Source: a virus. Taken from it: a DNA stretch of 40,614 bases. The first letter of the stretch is position 1. Every line of letters starts with the position of its first letter. The stretch lies in UHGV virus genome UHGV-0081829. The stretch is one strand, 5' to 3'. Of this stretch, positions 16,285 through 28,169 are shown in pieces. The position numbers and the translations under genes are program-made. The notes under the pieces were generated by a model that was given only the letters and a program-made list of their open reading frames with translations, searched no databases and had not been told where the DNA came from.

Positions 16285-16782
16285 ATGAAATCATTAACCC
16301 TCTTCAATCAACCAATTCGTATCGGTGAAGATGGCATGATCTGCCTCACTGACATGTGGAAAGCCAGTGGTAAAAGTGAATCTGAATCGCCGTACCACTA
16401 TCTGCGAAACAAGCAGACCAAAGAGTTCTTAGCCGAGCTGGAGAAAAACCACGAATCTGTGGTTTTTACTGAGCGCGGTGTACACGGTGGAACATATGGC
16501 GGGAAGTTTGTTGCTTACGATTATGCGGCTTGGTTAAACCCCGGGTTCAAGTACGCGGCCTATAAAGTCCTCGATGACTACTTCACCGGAGAACTTCAGC
16601 ATCGCAACAGCTTAAGTGCGCAGCTCAACATGAAATGTCATGAGTTTGACCAGAAGAAAGACATGGCGAGCTTCTGCGGACAAGGGCTGGCAGCATGGCG
16701 CTATACGAAGCCAGTGTTGGTCGCTGAGATTAACTCCCTGGCTAACCAGCTGCAGATTACGATCCCCGGGCTTCCGGGATGA
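16285..16782 (+). CDS. KilA-N domain protein
   Basis: N-terminal FNQPIRIGEDGMICLTDMWKASGK resembles the KilA-N DNA-binding domain; 165 aa. Confidence 0.6.
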   Translation: MKSLTLFNQPIRIGEDGMICLTDMWKASGKSESESPYHYLRNKQTKEFLAELEKNHESVVFTERGVHGGTYGGKFVAYDYAAWLNPGFKYAAYKVLDDYFTGELQHRNSLSAQLNMKCHEFDQKKDMASFCGQGLAAWRYTKPVLVAEINSLANQLQITIPGLPG

Positions 16783-17048
16783 GTGATCGTGTCATTGAAT
16801 GCGCCTCCAGAGCGGGGCGCGACTTCTCAGAGTTCATGAAAGGCGAGAAGGGCATGATGGAAGCATTGGCCTCGGTGGATGAGTTTGGCGAGCAGCTGCG
16901 CCTCAACGGCTGTGTCAATCATCACTTTGTTAGCTACATGATGCGGAACTCGATCATGCAGGCATTCATGGACATGGCAAAAGCCGAGAGGAAAGAAGAG
17001 CGCCGGCGTAAGCGAGCGGAAGCAAAAGCAAAAGCAAAAGTGAAGTAG
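16779..17048 (+). CDS. Hypothetical protein (basic C-terminal tail)
   Basis: ATG overlaps the upstream stop (ATGA); 89 aa ending in a Lys/Arg/Ala-rich repeat. Confidence 0.45.
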   Translation: MSDRVIECASRAGRDFSEFMKGEKGMMEALASVDEFGEQLRLNGCVNHHFVSYMMRNSIMQAFMDMAKAERKEERRRKRAEAKAKAKVK

Positions 17049-17345
17049 CCATTACAAAGCCCATCTACGGGTGGGCTTGATAATGAAACCGGAGTTAATT
17101 TCTGGTCACTAATTAACGGCAGTACAGCGAAACAACCCAAGCCAGTAAGTGGGGAAATAACACTGGCAGCCACTGAAAGATGAACCTCCTGCCTTATGGC
17201 AAAAAAGATTCTTTGTGGTGGCGGACTGATGGAAAGACATCGGTTATTGCAGAGGCCATTCAATGAGTGGTCTCGACAATGGCTTATACCCTACACGGGA
17301 TAACTTAACTGATATCCCTTTTAACGGATAAACGGAGCACAAATA

Positions 17346-17936
17346 ATGGCAAAGCTCACCGACAAACAAGAGCTGTTTGCCCGTGAGTACCTGAAAGATC
17401 TGAACGGAACACAGGCAGCGATCAGAGCGGGCTACAGCGAGAAGACCGCCAATGAGCAGGCATCTCGATTATTAGCAAATGTTAATGTTCAAAAATTCGT
17501 TGCTGAACTTAAATCCGCCCGCGTTGAGCAGACGGGTATAGATGCCGCCTATGTTCTTCGTAGGTTGGTTGAAATCGACCAGATGGATGTGCTTGACATT
17601 CTCCTGCAAAACGGTGAGCTAAAACCCATTAAAGACTGGCCTAAGGTATGGCGCACCACGCTATCAGGAATGGATGTTGTGGAGATGGTATCCGCAGATA
17701 GTGCCGCACTTCTGAAGAAAATCAAATGGCCTGATAAGGTCAAAAACCTCGAACTTCTTGGTAAGCATGTTTCTGTTCAGGCGTTTAAAGAGCAAACATC
17801 TACAGAAATAACTGGCGCTGATGGCGGGCCTGTTCGTTATGCCGATATGTCAGAAGAGTTACTTGAAGAGAAACTGAAGGAGCTTGGTAATGGCAGGCGC
17901 TCCAATCAGCTTGAATCGAAACGCTCAGATTTATGA
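17346..17936 (+). CDS. Terminase small subunit
   Basis: MAKLTDKQELFAREYLKDLNGTQAAIRAGYSEKTANEQASRLL is a small-terminase HTH signature; directly upstream of the large subunit. Confidence 0.75.
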   Translation: MAKLTDKQELFAREYLKDLNGTQAAIRAGYSEKTANEQASRLLANVNVQKFVAELKSARVEQTGIDAAYVLRRLVEIDQMDVLDILLQNGELKPIKDWPKVWRTTLSGMDVVEMVSADSAALLKKIKWPDKVKNLELLGKHVSVQAFKEQTSTEITGADGGPVRYADMSEELLEEKLKELGNGRRSNQLESKRSDL

Positions 17937-19410
17937 GTTGCACAAAGAGCTGGCTATCCGCTCAGCAAGAAAAAACCTTCTCGATTTCACTTTGTACACT
18001 AATCCGCAATACGAAACAGGTTGGTTTAACGAGCTGCTTTGTGCTGAGCTGGATTACTTCCTGGATGAAGTTAAAGCCGGAAACATGCCCAGGTTAATGG
18101 TGTTTGCTCCTCCGCGCTCAGGAAAGAGTGAGTTGTGCTCTCGCCGCTTCCCAGCGTATGTGTTAGGACAGCATCCATCATGGAACATTATCTCGTGCTC
18201 ATATTCTTCTGACCTGTCAGACCGAATGAGCCGTGACGTTAAACGCATTATCACCTCTGACAAGTACACTGATGTTTTCCCTGATGTAAAAATTCCTTCC
18301 GGTCGTAGTCTGGCTGGCGGTATCAACAAAACCGAGCTATGGGAACCCGTTGATGCCAAAGGCGAACTACACGGCGGCTCATATCGTTCTGCTGGCGTTA
18401 ACGGTGGTATCACCGGTCAGGGTATGAATATTGGGGTTATTGATGACCCCGCGAAAGATTACAAAACCGCATCGTCTCCAACTTACCAGGAAGCGGTGAT
18501 GGACTGGTATGACACGACATTCTTCACTCGTGTTGACCCGAAGATAAACGGCATCGTCATCATTCTGACACGCTGGCATCAAAACGATCTCGCCGGACAG
18601 TTATTAAAACTAGCTGAAGAGGGCGGGGAACGCTGGCGCGTAGTTAGCTTCCCTATGGAGGCTGAAAAGGAGGAGATCCATGAACTCAACGGTAACGTAT
18701 ATCGACTGCGCAATCCCGGTGAAATTCTGTTCCCTGAGCGCATGCCGAGAGAGTTCGTAGAGAAATGCAAACAGCGCGGTTCCCTTGTATGGAATGCTCT
18801 TTATCAGCAACGACCAACCGCCAAAGGCGGGGGACTTATTAAGTCTGAATGGTTTGGTGAATATTCGGTACTCCCTCCTATGCAATGGCGTGCCGTCTAT
18901 GGAGACACCGCACAGAAAACAAAAGAGGTAAACGACTTCTCAGTATTCGAGCACTGGGGACTTGGCACTGACGGGTATATCTACCTGATAGACATGATTC
19001 GCGGCAAATGGGAGGCCGATGAATTACAGCGCCGTGCTGTTGCATTCTGGGAAAAGTGCAAAACTCTAAAGAATGGGCCACTTCGCCACATGGCGATAGA
19101 GGACAAGTCATCTGGCACAGGCCTGATACAGAACATCCGTAAAAAAGCGATATGCCCCATCAAAGCAATTCAGCGCGATAAGGATAAGTACACGCGACTG
19201 ATGGACGTGCAGGGTTATATTGAGTCCGGCTACATCAAACTCCCCAGCAACGCACCATTCATCAACGACTTCCTCGTCGAGATGGAAGCTATTAATCCTG
19301 ATTTCAATACGCACGACGACCAGCTTGATCCGATGATGGATGCCATCGATGAGATGAAAAATGGCAATGGTCCGTTACGTATATCTGAAGAACTTTTGAG
19401 GCTGGCATAG
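17890..19410 (+). CDS. Terminase large subunit
   Basis: Walker [12 protein letters not shown]; ATG at 17890 with AAGGAG 7 nt upstream (track start is TTG at 17884); 506 aa. Confidence 0.85.
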   Translation: MAGAPISLNRNAQIYELHKELAIRSARKNLLDFTLYTNPQYETGWFNELLCAELDYFLDEVKAGNMPRLMVFAPPRSGKSELCSRRFPAYVLGQHPSWNIISCSYSSDLSDRMSRDVKRIITSDKYTDVFPDVKIPSGRSLAGGINKTELWEPVDAKGELHGGSYRSAGVNGGITGQGMNIGVIDDPAKDYKTASSPTYQEAVMDWYDTTFFTRVDPKINGIVIILTRWHQNDLAGQLLKLAEEGGERWRVVSFPMEAEKEEIHELNGNVYRLRNPGEILFPERMPREFVEKCKQRGSLVWNALYQQRPTAKGGGLIKSEWFGEYSVLPPMQWRAVYGDTAQKTKEVNDFSVFEHWGLGTDGYIYLIDMIRGKWEADELQRRAVAFWEKCKTLKNGPLRHMAIEDKSSGTGLIQNIRKKAICPIKAIQRDKDKYTRLMDVQGYIESGYIKLPSNAPFINDFLVEMEAINPDFNTHDDQLDPMMDAIDEMKNGNGPLRISEELLRLA

Positions 19411-20945
19411 TGTTTAATTTTTTGAGAAAGAAAAAATCTGAGCCTAAGAAAGAAGAGGCGAAACAGCCAATGTCTCTGGCGAATGTTCTTGCGATTATTA
19501 ACGAACAGGAGCGAATTAAAAATGAAGGCGAGGCATTGCGCAGAATTGAGAGATACGTACCCCCGCCTGGCGTTATTCCTGAACATATTGGGGAGTCAGC
19601 TCTGGCGATGGACTCCACACCGTACAGTTACCTTAATTCAGCAAACATTACCGCATATGGCTACGGTGGATTTCCTGGCTACCCATATCTGTCTCAACTT
19701 GCTCAGTTGCCGGAGTATCGCAAGATTACTGGCACGATAGCAGAAGAGATGACGCGAAAATGGATTGAGCTGAAGCATGTAGGTAAAGACGATGGTGACG
19801 ACAAGGCCGATAAGATTCGCCAGCTTGACGACGCATTAAAGCGTTTCAGAGTGCGAGAGAAGTTTCGCGAGGCAGCGGAACATGACGGTTACTTCGGGCG
19901 CGGACAGATTTATATCGACGTGAAGACGCCAAGCGGTAACTCAGCCTGGCTGGTTCCCGACGAACTGGATAAGAAGCTCTATATCAGCCCGCGCAAGATT
20001 ACCAAAGGAAGCCTGAATGGTTTCCGCGTTATCGAGGCCATGTGGACTTACCCGGGCGTGTATAACGCTGACAATCCTCTAAGCCCTGACTTCTTCAATC
20101 CATCTGAATGGTATGTCATGGGGCGCACGGTTCACGCCAGTCGCATGTTGACAATGATTTCTCGCCAGGTGCCAGACATTCTCAAAGCGGCGTACAACTT
20201 CGGCGGCTTGTCGCTGAGTCAGATGGCAGAGCCATACGTGCAGAACTGGTTGAGAACACGTGACAGCGTTAGCGATCTGGTTCATTCGTTTGTGGTCTAC
20301 GGGCTGAAGACGAACATGCAGAATGCCTTGTCTGGAATTGCAGACCCAAACCTGTTTATGCGTGCCGAACTCTTTAATAAGGTTCGCGACAATCGCGGAA
20401 TGTTCCTTATTGATAAGGATGGAGAAGAATTCTTCCAGTTTGTGACAAGTCTGTCCGGAGTTGATGCTCTTCAGGCGCAAGCGCAGGAACAAATGGCATC
20501 GGTATCAAGCATTCCTCTGGTTAAGCTCCTTGGCATCACTCCTAACGGGCTAAACGCTTCATCTGATGGCGAAATCCGCGTCTTCTATGACTCAATACAC
20601 GCCATGCAGGAGAATCTGTTCAGGGTGCCGCTGAAAACAGTGCTGGATGTTATCCAGTTGAATGAATTTGGCGAGATTGACCCTGACATTGATTTTGAAT
20701 TCCTGCCGCTGTACGAGCTTACAGAAGCAGAGAAAGCCGAGATCATGAAACATCAGTCTGAGGCTGATAAGAACTATGCCGAAGCTGGCGTGTTCGACCT
20801 TGATGCAATAAGAAGCATGCGCCAGTCGGATAAGGCCAGCCCATACCACATGATGGAATCTGAATATGACGAAGAAGAGCACGAAAACGAGTCCGTCGAA
20901 GAAGGATTCGAAGACCCGGAAAACCCTTCGTCCAGTCAGAGCTAA
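19410..20945 (+). CDS. Portal protein (DUF1073-type, from memory)
   Basis: 511-aa ORF immediately after the large terminase; GTG start with GAGG 8 nt upstream (first ATG at 19470); acidic C-terminus. Confidence 0.7.
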   Translation: MFNFLRKKKSEPKKEEAKQPMSLANVLAIINEQERIKNEGEALRRIERYVPPPGVIPEHIGESALAMDSTPYSYLNSANITAYGYGGFPGYPYLSQLAQLPEYRKITGTIAEEMTRKWIELKHVGKDDGDDKADKIRQLDDALKRFRVREKFREAAEHDGYFGRGQIYIDVKTPSGNSAWLVPDELDKKLYISPRKITKGSLNGFRVIEAMWTYPGVYNADNPLSPDFFNPSEWYVMGRTVHASRMLTMISRQVPDILKAAYNFGGLSLSQMAEPYVQNWLRTRDSVSDLVHSFVVYGLKTNMQNALSGIADPNLFMRAELFNKVRDNRGMFLIDKDGEEFFQFVTSLSGVDALQAQAQEQMASVSSIPLVKLLGITPNGLNASSDGEIRVFYDSIHAMQENLFRVPLKTVLDVIQLNEFGEIDPDIDFEFLPLYELTEAEKAEIMKHQSEADKNYAEAGVFDLDAIRSMRQSDKASPYHMMESEYDEEEHENESVEEGFEDPENPSSSQS

Positions 20946-21684
20946 TGCCGGAGTTCATGAGTGGTATCGCTCTGAGCTTCTCAAACTGGTTAGGGAGATG
21001 GATAAGTCATACCGATACTGGCTTGAGGGTGCATACAAAAACAACATGGCGATGGATTCCAGCCCTGCGAATGAGTTAAAGCGCAGATTGTCCAGACTAG
21101 GTAAGCAGTGGGAGCATAAATTCAATGAACTGGCTAAGAAACTGGCTGATCGCTTCGTTGATAAGACACTGCGCAACACCGACGTTTCGTTACACTCAGC
21201 GTTAAAGGCTGGCGGATTTACCGTTAAGTTCACAATGAATGACGAGCTTAAGAACGTGATGCAGGCTGTCGTTAACGAGAACGTCAACCTGATTAAATCC
21301 ATACCTGAACACTATCACACACAGGTTGAGACGATAGTCATGCAGTCTGTCAGCCGCGGTCGTGACCTTGGCTATCTCACTGATGAACTGGTTAAGCGAT
21401 ATGGCATTACACGCAGACGCGCTGAGACGATTGCACGCGATCAGAACAACAAAGCTACAGCGGTAATTCAGTCTGAACGGCAGAAGAAGTTAGGAATCAC
21501 CAAAGGAATCTGGCGTCACTCACACGCCGGGAAGCAGCCAAGGCCATCACATGTGAAAGCTGACGGTAAAGAGTTCGACCTCGATAGAGGGCTGTATCTC
21601 GATGGTGAATGGGTGCTGCCGGGAGAGGCTATCAACTGCCGTTGTACGTGGTCTCCTGTTATCCCTGGGATAGATAGAAAATGA
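20866..21684 (+). CDS. Head morphogenesis protein (MuF/SPP1 gp7-like); start uncertain (20866 or 20998)
   Basis: Follows the portal; track ORF overlaps the portal by 80 nt, and the in-frame ATG at 20998 is the alternative start. Confidence 0.55.
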   Translation: MTKKSTKTSPSKKDSKTRKTLRPVRANAGVHEWYRSELLKLVREMDKSYRYWLEGAYKNNMAMDSSPANELKRRLSRLGKQWEHKFNELAKKLADRFVDKTLRNTDVSLHSALKAGGFTVKFTMNDELKNVMQAVVNENVNLIKSIPEHYHTQVETIVMQSVSRGRDLGYLTDELVKRYGITRRRAETIARDQNNKATAVIQSERQKKLGITKGIWRHSHAGKQPRPSHVKADGKEFDLDRGLYLDGEWVLPGEAINCRCTWSPVIPGIDRK

Positions 21685-21773
21685 TTGAGGTTTTATGGTC
21701 TCTGGGCTTAGTGTTGATTTTTGGTTGCTTAATGATTGCAATGCTGAAAATAGCTATGTCCAAGAGGAAATAA
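21681..21773 (+). CDS. Small hydrophobic peptide (30 aa), speculative
   Basis: ATG overlaps the upstream stop (ATGA); [30 protein letters not shown]; followed at once by a strong terminator. Confidence 0.25.
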   Translation: MIEVLWSLGLVLIFGCLMIAMLKIAMSKRK

Positions 21774-21775
21774 TG

Positions 21776-21796
21776 GCCGCTACTGCGGCTTTTTTA
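21776..21796 (+). terminator. Intrinsic terminator inside the head gene cluster
   Basis: Stem GCCGC/GCGGC with loop TACT followed by TTTTTTATT. Confidence 0.6.
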
Positions 21797-21818
21797 TTGC
21801 CTGCCGAAAGGTAAATGC

Positions 21819-23045
21819 ATGCCATTACGCAAAGTTAAAGGCGACTGGCAATGGGGATATCACGGATTGGCATTCGACAAGGCAACGGTGCGCTCCTTTG
21901 ATAAGGATGGGCGTTTGCATATCGAAGTGACGCCAATCAGTAAGGCTAACGTTTGCCCTTATTATGGACGTGAAATTCCTAATTACAGATCGCTAGGTTT
22001 ACAGCCTGACAAAGTTTACCACCTGCTTCGCGACCCGAAAGAGTTAGCCAAAGCAGCATCTACATTCAACAACATCCCGCTCCTTAACGAACACATTCCG
22101 GTTACTGCTTCAGACCCTCAGAAGATGGCTGTGGTTGGTTCTACTGGTACTGATGCTGAGTTTGACGGGACTTATCTCAAGAACTCGCTTGTCGTATGGG
22201 ACGCAGATTCTATCGCTGGAATCGAGACAGACGAGAAGAAAGAACTTTCGTCGGCCTACAGATATGTAGCTGACATGACCCCCGGCGTGCATGAAGGCCA
22301 GCCATACGATGGTGTAATGCGCGATATCGTCGGGAACCACGTTGCTCTCGTAACAGAGGGAAGAGCCGGATCCGACGTTGTTGTCGGGGATTCAATACCA
22401 ACAGGAATGAAATCAATGTCAGAACTTACTAAAAAGTTAATGGCAGTTATCACGCCGATGCTGGCCAGTGATGAGAAGCCAGAAGAAGTGGAAAAGAAAG
22501 TGCAAAAGGTTGTTGAAGACGAAGCCACTCAGGTCGAGAGAGATAATGAGTCAGAAGCAGAGCGTCTGAAACGTGAAGAGGATGAACTAAAAGAGTGTGA
22601 AGAACGTGAGCGAAAGGATCGCGATCGTGACCGCAAAGAAGCGGAAGACGAAGATGATGACGGCAAGGATAAAAAGACTGCCGAGGATGAAGACGATGAT
22701 GAGAATAAAGCAGCTATGGATGCCGCATTAATTCGAAAAGCTGAAGAGAATGTGATGGGGCGTATCCGTCAAGCCAATGAGGCTCGAGAATGCGTTCGCG
22801 CTTTGGTTGGTGATGTGAGTCTGGTAGCTATGGATTCCGCAGAGTCTATTTATCGCTTTGCTCTTGATTCAATTGGTGCTGAACATAAAGGCGTTCATCC
22901 TTCAGCACTTAAATCGATGGTTGAATTTGCTATCAGCCAGAAAGCGGTAGTTCGCAAACCATCTCATGGTATGGGTATGGATTCTGCCGCAACCAATTCT
23001 TTCGCCAAGGCATTTCCTGGCGCAACTAAACTGAAACGGAGCTAA
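21819..23045 (+). CDS. Putative scaffolding/prohead protein (DUF2213-like), highly acidic central region
   Basis: 408 aa located between the portal/MuF genes and the capsid gene; long E/D/K/R-rich low-complexity segment. Confidence 0.5.
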   Translation: MPLRKVKGDWQWGYHGLAFDKATVRSFDKDGRLHIEVTPISKANVCPYYGREIPNYRSLGLQPDKVYHLLRDPKELAKAASTFNNIPLLNEHIPVTASDPQKMAVVGSTGTDAEFDGTYLKNSLVVWDADSIAGIETDEKKELSSAYRYVADMTPGVHEGQPYDGVMRDIVGNHVALVTEGRAGSDVVVGDSIPTGMKSMSELTKKLMAVITPMLASDEKPEEVEKKVQKVVEDEATQVERDNESEAERLKREEDELKECEERERKDRDRDRKEAEDEDDDGKDKKTAEDEDDDENKAAMDAALIRKAEENVMGRIRQANEARECVRALVGDVSLVAMDSAESIYRFALDSIGAEHKGVHPSALKSMVEFAISQKAVVRKPSHGMGMDSAATNSFAKAFPGATKLKRS

Positions 23046-23048
23046 GAA

Positions 23049-23528
23049 ATGAGTGGCTTTCAAAGTGTAATTAATCAGCAACAGGCGCCGGGAGTTGAAG
23101 GAGATTTCGCTTCAGCTAACCCTAAAGCAAGTCTTCTTGCAGGTGAGGGAGCTCTTGTTGCCGGTGTAAATGGGGTTGTTGTTGGTCGCTTTGCATGGGT
23201 AAGAAATGGTGTTGTCAATAACACTGGAACCGGTGCTCCTGCCGGTTTCGTTCATCGGGAAGGGCAGGCGTCTGTCACCACATGGCTTGGTGAATCATCT
23301 ATGACTATTCAGCCTGGAGTTCAGATGACATTGATGACTGCTGGTGACTACTGGGTGAAAACTGCCGGTGCGGCAACTGTAGGGCAGAAGATTTTCGCCA
23401 AACTGTCAGATGGAACCATTACCGCTGGCGATGCAGGGGCGTCAATTTCGGATTACGTTGAAACAAAATTTGTTGTTGGCAGTGCTGGCGTGGCTGGCGA
23501 ATTGATTCAGATGGGCACCTGGAGCTAA
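23049..23528 (+). CDS. Head structural/decoration protein (DUF2190-like)
   Basis: 159 aa, Gly/Ala/Val-rich, directly upstream of the major capsid gene. Confidence 0.45.
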   Translation: MSGFQSVINQQQAPGVEGDFASANPKASLLAGEGALVAGVNGVVVGRFAWVRNGVVNNTGTGAPAGFVHREGQASVTTWLGESSMTIQPGVQMTLMTAGDYWVKTAGAATVGQKIFAKLSDGTITAGDAGASISDYVETKFVVGSAGVAGELIQMGTWS

Positions 23529-23531
23529 TAC

Positions 23532-24572
23532 ATGAATAACGCAGAATTTTTACAACATAAAGCTATGGCTGAGCGAGATTACGGTGTAATCCTTCCGGAA
23601 GCCAAAGCCTATCTGACGGATGCTGTTGCTAATAGCTATTCCTATGCAATGGACTCTCATCCTTCACTGGTAACAACCAGCAACTCTGGCATTCCATGGT
23701 ACTTCACTAATTACGTTGACCCGGAACTGATTCGCATCCTTGTCACTCCGATGAAAGCGGTGGAAATTCTGGGGGAAACGAAGAAGGGAGACTGGACCAC
23801 CATGACCGCACAATTCCCGGTTGTGGAATCAACGGGTCAGGTTTCCAGTTATGGTGACTACAACAATAATGGGCAGGTAAATGCTAACGTCAACTGGGTT
23901 GCTCGTGAGTCCTATCTGTACCAGACCATTACTCAGTGGGGTGAGCTGGAACTTGACCGTTACGGTGAAGGCCGCATTGCATGGGCTCAACAACTGAATA
24001 CGGCTTCTGCGCTGACCCTGAATAAGTTTCAGAACAAGTCCTACTTCTTCGGCGTTGCTGGTCTGAAGAACTACGGCATTCTGAATGACCCTAACCTTCC
24101 GGCATCAATCACCCCGGGCGCAACGGGTACTGGCAGTGGAACTACCTGGGCAACTAAAGACGGTCAGGCGGTGTATGACGATATCCAGGCGCTTTACATG
24201 CAGTTAGTGAAGCAGACCAAGGGGTACGTTGAGCGGGACAGCAAGATGACGCTGGCGATGAGTCCAGAGTCAGAAGCAAACCTGACCAAGACCAACATGT
24301 ACAACGTCAACGTGTCTGATCAGCTGAAGAAAAACTTCCCGAACCTGCGTGTTGTCACTGCTGTTGAGTACAAAACCGAATCCGGCGAACTGGTTCAGTT
24401 GATTGCCGACGATCTGGATGGTCAGGACACCGGCTACTGCGCATTTACCGAAAAAATGCGTGCGCATCCGGTTGTTGTTGACCTGTCCGCGTACAAACAA
24501 AAGAAAACCGGTGGCACCTGGGGCGCAATCATTCGCCAGCCGCTGGCATTTGCAAGCATGTTGGGAGTTTAA
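23532..24572 (+). CDS. Major capsid protein
   Basis: 346 aa in the canonical position after scaffold-like genes; family from memory. Confidence 0.6.
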   Translation: MNNAEFLQHKAMAERDYGVILPEAKAYLTDAVANSYSYAMDSHPSLVTTSNSGIPWYFTNYVDPELIRILVTPMKAVEILGETKKGDWTTMTAQFPVVESTGQVSSYGDYNNNGQVNANVNWVARESYLYQTITQWGELELDRYGEGRIAWAQQLNTASALTLNKFQNKSYFFGVAGLKNYGILNDPNLPASITPGATGTGSGTTWATKDGQAVYDDIQALYMQLVKQTKGYVERDSKMTLAMSPESEANLTKTNMYNVNVSDQLKKNFPNLRVVTAVEYKTESGELVQLIADDLDGQDTGYCAFTEKMRAHPVVVDLSAYKQKKTGGTWGAIIRQPLAFASMLGV

Positions 24573-24575
24573 TTC

Positions 24576-24923
24576 ATGGCAGAAATGGTAAGCGTTGGCT
24601 GCAAATTGCCAAATGGCCTTCAGGTAACTCTGGATGGCAAAACAGTAATCCTGAACGGGGCGGCAACAACCGCCCTCCGTGGTCTTGATGGTGCAATTCC
24701 TGAGGGGGCTTTCGGAGTTACCATGGTCGAGAAAGACTTCATGGATAAGTTCATCGAGACCTATAAGGATGCCGCGTATATTCAGAACAATGCAATCTTC
24801 ATTCAGAAAGATATTCGCAGTCTGAATGCGCAGGGTAAAGATCTGAAAGAATCAAAAACTGGCCTCGAAGGCCTTGACCCGGAAAATCCGGCTCCGGGCG
24901 TAAAAAAGGCTGACGAAAAATAG
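24576..24923 (+). CDS. Hypothetical head-associated protein
   Basis: 115 aa after the capsid gene; GGGAG upstream. Confidence 0.45.
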   Translation: MAEMVSVGCKLPNGLQVTLDGKTVILNGAATTALRGLDGAIPEGAFGVTMVEKDFMDKFIETYKDAAYIQNNAIFIQKDIRSLNAQGKDLKESKTGLEGLDPENPAPGVKKADEK

Positions 24924-24935
24924 CGGGAGCAGCAA

Positions 24936-25367
24936 ATGGGCGTCGTAATATTTGACCCCTCCGCATTTAAGCTACGCTATCCTGAATTCTCATCTGTCGA
25001 CGACGCACTTCTTCAGCAGTATTTCACGCAAGCAACCATTTATCTCGATAACACAGACTCAAGTCGTGTGTCGGATTTGGCTGTACGCTCAATGCTGCTG
25101 AATATGCTGGTTGCCCATATCGCCTGTTTGTATTCAGGAGCAAATGGGCAGTCTCCATCCGGATTGGTTGGAAGAATCGACAGTGCTTCAGAGGGTTCGG
25201 TTAGCGTTCATGCGGATATGCCAGGGGTAACAGCAAATTCAGCATGGTACATGCAAACAAAGTACGGGGCTGATTACTGGAATGCTACGGCGCCGTTTCG
25301 CACCTTCCAGTATATAAGCGGGCATTCTCCATCAAATTACCCGTATGGGTATTACCGGAGGTACTGA
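24936..25367 (+). CDS. Putative head-tail connector protein
   Basis: 143 aa; GGGAG 8 nt upstream; position between head and tail genes. Confidence 0.45.
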   Translation: MGVVIFDPSAFKLRYPEFSSVDDALLQQYFTQATIYLDNTDSSRVSDLAVRSMLLNMLVAHIACLYSGANGQSPSGLVGRIDSASEGSVSVHADMPGVTANSAWYMQTKYGADYWNATAPFRTFQYISGHSPSNYPYGYYRRY

Positions 25368-25798
25368 TGGATAAGGTGATGGATGTACTGGATGAGGTTG
25401 AAAAGCAATTTTCCAACATTCAGCTAAAGGTTGGCTTCCTTGAGGGGGCAACTTACGGCGGTGTAATCCCGGTTCCCATGGTTGCCGCGACCAACGAGTT
25501 TGGGAATCCGGCTCATAATCAGCCTCCTCGACCTTTTTTTAGAAATGCAATCGCAGAGCATGAAGAAGAATGGAAAGAGCAAACAGCACTCCTGATTGAA
25601 CGCGGCGATGATATTGGAGAGATATTTTCAATACTTGGCACCACTATTGTTAATGATATCAAAGAGTCCATAAGGGCATTTGAAAGCCCACCGCTATCTC
25701 CGATAACAATTGCCCGCAAGGGGTTCGATAAGCCACTAATTGATACAGGCGATATGCAAAAAAGCGTCAGCTATGAGGTGAGCGAAATTGAATCTTAG
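25367..25798 (+). CDS. Putative head-tail joining/neck protein
   Basis: ATG overlaps the upstream stop; GGAGG 6 nt upstream. Confidence 0.45.
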   Translation: MDKVMDVLDEVEKQFSNIQLKVGFLEGATYGGVIPVPMVAATNEFGNPAHNQPPRPFFRNAIAEHEEEWKEQTALLIERGDDIGEIFSILGTTIVNDIKESIRAFESPPLSPITIARKGFDKPLIDTGDMQKSVSYEVSEIES

Positions 25799-26159
25799 AC
25801 AGATAGCCAATAACGCGATCACAAGCATTAACCCTAACATCCCGGCAATCCTGAAAAAGTATGCAGGTGAAACTATCGGCCCCGGTCGCAAGCCGATTCC
25901 GTCTTATCTCCCTGACCAGCACGTTACCATTCAACTACAGCCAATCAGTCGCGGCGACATGCAACACGTCGATGGACTGAATATTCAGGGGCTGGCAAAA
26001 GTGATTTACGTCAATGGTAATTACTTCAGTGTGCAGCGAGAACTGGAGCAGGGCGGAGATATCTTCGTGATTAACGGGGAACAATGGCTTGTTGTTGAGC
26101 CAATAGAGTTGTGGCCTGACTGGTGCCGGCTGATTGCTGTATTGCAGGTAAGCCCATGA
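25788..26159 (+). CDS. Hypothetical virion protein (TTG start)
   Basis: TTG at 25788 with GAGGTGA 6 nt upstream; no in-frame ATG until residue 57. Confidence 0.4.
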   Translation: MNLRQIANNAITSINPNIPAILKKYAGETIGPGRKPIPSYLPDQHVTIQLQPISRGDMQHVDGLNIQGLAKVIYVNGNYFSVQRELEQGGDIFVINGEQWLVVEPIELWPDWCRLIAVLQVSP

Positions 26160-26671
26160 ATGATTTCACTGTCGATAATATTATCGATGTACTTGCTGGC
26201 TACATAGAACCTATCGCTGGTAAATGCCTGCAGGCTCAGGCTAACCGTGTACCAATGCCCAAAGATCAGTTCTGTATCCTGACCCCTTTGCGATTCACCA
26301 GGCTATCCACTACGAGAGAGCTTAAACAAGATACCGGCTCTCCGGACACAAGCACCATGGGATATACGGAAGTTCGCCAGGCTGATATTCAGGTAGATAT
26401 CTATGGTCAGGGGGCAGGGGATAGAGCTATTGCACTGGAAACAACATTCACCAGTGGATATGGCTACGACATCATCAAGGCTATTGATGCACGGCTTGCG
26501 CCGCTTTACTCATCTCCTGCCATTCAGGCGCCGATGATCAACGCCGAGAGTCAGTGGCAAGAAAGATGGACGCTGACATTGTCACTGCAAGCACACATCA
26601 CAGTGTCGTTCCAGCAGGACTATTTCGACAAAGCAGAAATTTCAATTGAACAGGTGGATAACCGCCCATGA
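26156..26671 (+). CDS. Hypothetical tail-completion protein
   Basis: ATG at 26156 overlaps the upstream stop (ATGA); track ORF 26123..26671. Confidence 0.45.
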   Translation: MNDFTVDNIIDVLAGYIEPIAGKCLQAQANRVPMPKDQFCILTPLRFTRLSTTRELKQDTGSPDTSTMGYTEVRQADIQVDIYGQGAGDRAIALETTFTSGYGYDIIKAIDARLAPLYSSPAIQAPMINAESQWQERWTLTLSLQAHITVSFQQDYFDKAEISIEQVDNRP

Positions 26672-28158
26672 GCACAATACCTTTATCTGTAGATTTTAAT
26701 ATCACGCCCAATGTCGTTACGCCTGCCGGTTCTGCGGTTGATGCTAACGGCCTGATGCTGACCGATAACGAGCTTATCCCGGTTGGCGCGGTACAATCTT
26801 ATTACTCCTCATCTGATGTATCAGCTTTGATGGGGAGTGAATCGAAAGAATTCCTCGCCGCACAACAGTATTTTAACGGATACGAAAACTCATCCGTTAT
26901 TCCTGGTGAACTGCTGATGTATCGTATTGTTACTTCACCAGTGGCTGGGTATCTTCTGTCCGGCAACCTGAAAGGTGTTTCCCTGGCAACACTGAAAGCG
27001 ATTCCAGCAGGAACAATCACCCTTTCCATTGACGGTGAGTCGACTACCAGCACATCAATTGATTTGTCCACAGCCACAAGTTTTAGTGACATTGCGTCCA
27101 GGTTGCAGGTTGGAATTGGTGCAAGCAAGGTGGTGGTTGAATGGTTGCCAATCGCTAACCGATTCATCATTCGCTCTGCCACTACTGGCGCAGAGAGTGA
27201 AGTGTCTTATGCCTCTGCTGGCGCTCTGGCTGCCGGGTTATTACTGACGCAGGATTCCGCAGCGATTGTATCACCGGGTTCTGATGCGGTAACTCTGACA
27301 GACACGATGAACAACATCATCAACGTCAACCAGAACTGGATCCTGTTTAACTCGCTGGTCGAACTGACCGATGACCAGAAAACAGAATTGTGCGCATGGG
27401 CAAGCAGCAGTAAAAACCGGTTTGGATATGTTGTTCACGACACCACTTCAGCAGGAACGGTAGCCAATAATGCCAATTGCTTTGTGCAGAAAGTGGTTGT
27501 GGCAAATGGCTACGAGAACATTTTTCCGGTGTACGGAACATACCTGTATGGCGTTACAGCACTGGCATATGCTGCATCCGTGGATTTTGCACGCACCAAT
27601 GGGCGTATCTCGTTCAAGTTCCGTGGATTTTCAGGGTTAGCACCTAACGTCAGCGACCTGGCTACGGCTCAGGCTCTGAAGTCAAACGGTTACAACTTCT
27701 ACGGCTCATACAGCCTGAACAAAACAATGGCGCAGTACGCATCTGATGGCGCCATTACTGGCAAGTTTGTATGGCTGGACAGTTTTATTAATCAGGTATG
27801 GATTAATGCCAATCTGGTTAGTGCTTTTGCCAACCTGTTCACCAATAACCAGTCTTACCCGTTCAATGAGACAGGATACGGCGCAGTTTCTGCTGCTGTT
27901 ATTGATGTTGCTGAACAGGCTCTCAATTTCGGGGCTATTCAGCGTGGCGTGAAACTTGATAATGCGCAAACCAGAATTGTGAATAACACAGTGGGAAAAG
28001 ATATCTCATCGACGCTGTACTCACAGGGCTGGTTCCTGTACATCCCGACACAGTCAGGCTCTGCACGCATTGAGCGCGACCTGAAAGGTGTCATTTTTTA
28101 TTATGTCGATGGGCAACTTATTCAGTCCATCACAATGTCCTCAACCGCGATTTTATAA
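26668..28158 (+). CDS. Tail sheath protein (DUF3383-type, from memory)
   Basis: 496 aa directly upstream of a tube-sized gene, chaperone pair and tape measure gene; ATGA overlap. Confidence 0.7.
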   Translation: MSTIPLSVDFNITPNVVTPAGSAVDANGLMLTDNELIPVGAVQSYYSSSDVSALMGSESKEFLAAQQYFNGYENSSVIPGELLMYRIVTSPVAGYLLSGNLKGVSLATLKAIPAGTITLSIDGESTTSTSIDLSTATSFSDIASRLQVGIGASKVVVEWLPIANRFIIRSATTGAESEVSYASAGALAAGLLLTQDSAAIVSPGSDAVTLTDTMNNIINVNQNWILFNSLVELTDDQKTELCAWASSSKNRFGYVVHDTTSAGTVANNANCFVQKVVVANGYENIFPVYGTYLYGVTALAYAASVDFARTNGRISFKFRGFSGLAPNVSDLATAQALKSNGYNFYGSYSLNKTMAQYASDGAITGKFVWLDSFINQVWINANLVSAFANLFTNNQSYPFNETGYGAVSAAVIDVAEQALNFGAIQRGVKLDNAQTRIVNNTVGKDISSTLYSQGWFLYIPTQSGSARIERDLKGVIFYYVDGQLIQSITMSSTAIL

Positions 28159-28169
28159 GGGAATAAATC

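Noticed and set aside
16934-17263. 109-aa minus-strand ORF overlapping the 3' end of gene 16779..17048
   Set aside because: Antisense overlap with a coupled plus-strand gene and no RBS; likely spurious.
17049-17345. cos/pac site upstream of the small terminase gene
   Set aside because: Hairpins are present (AAGCCCA...TGGGCTT; GGGATA...TATCCC) but nothing identifies a packaging site from sequence alone.
18054-19618. Series of minus-strand ORFs inside the terminase large subunit gene
   Set aside because: All are antisense to a gene with Walker motifs and strong coding continuity; typical shadow ORFs.
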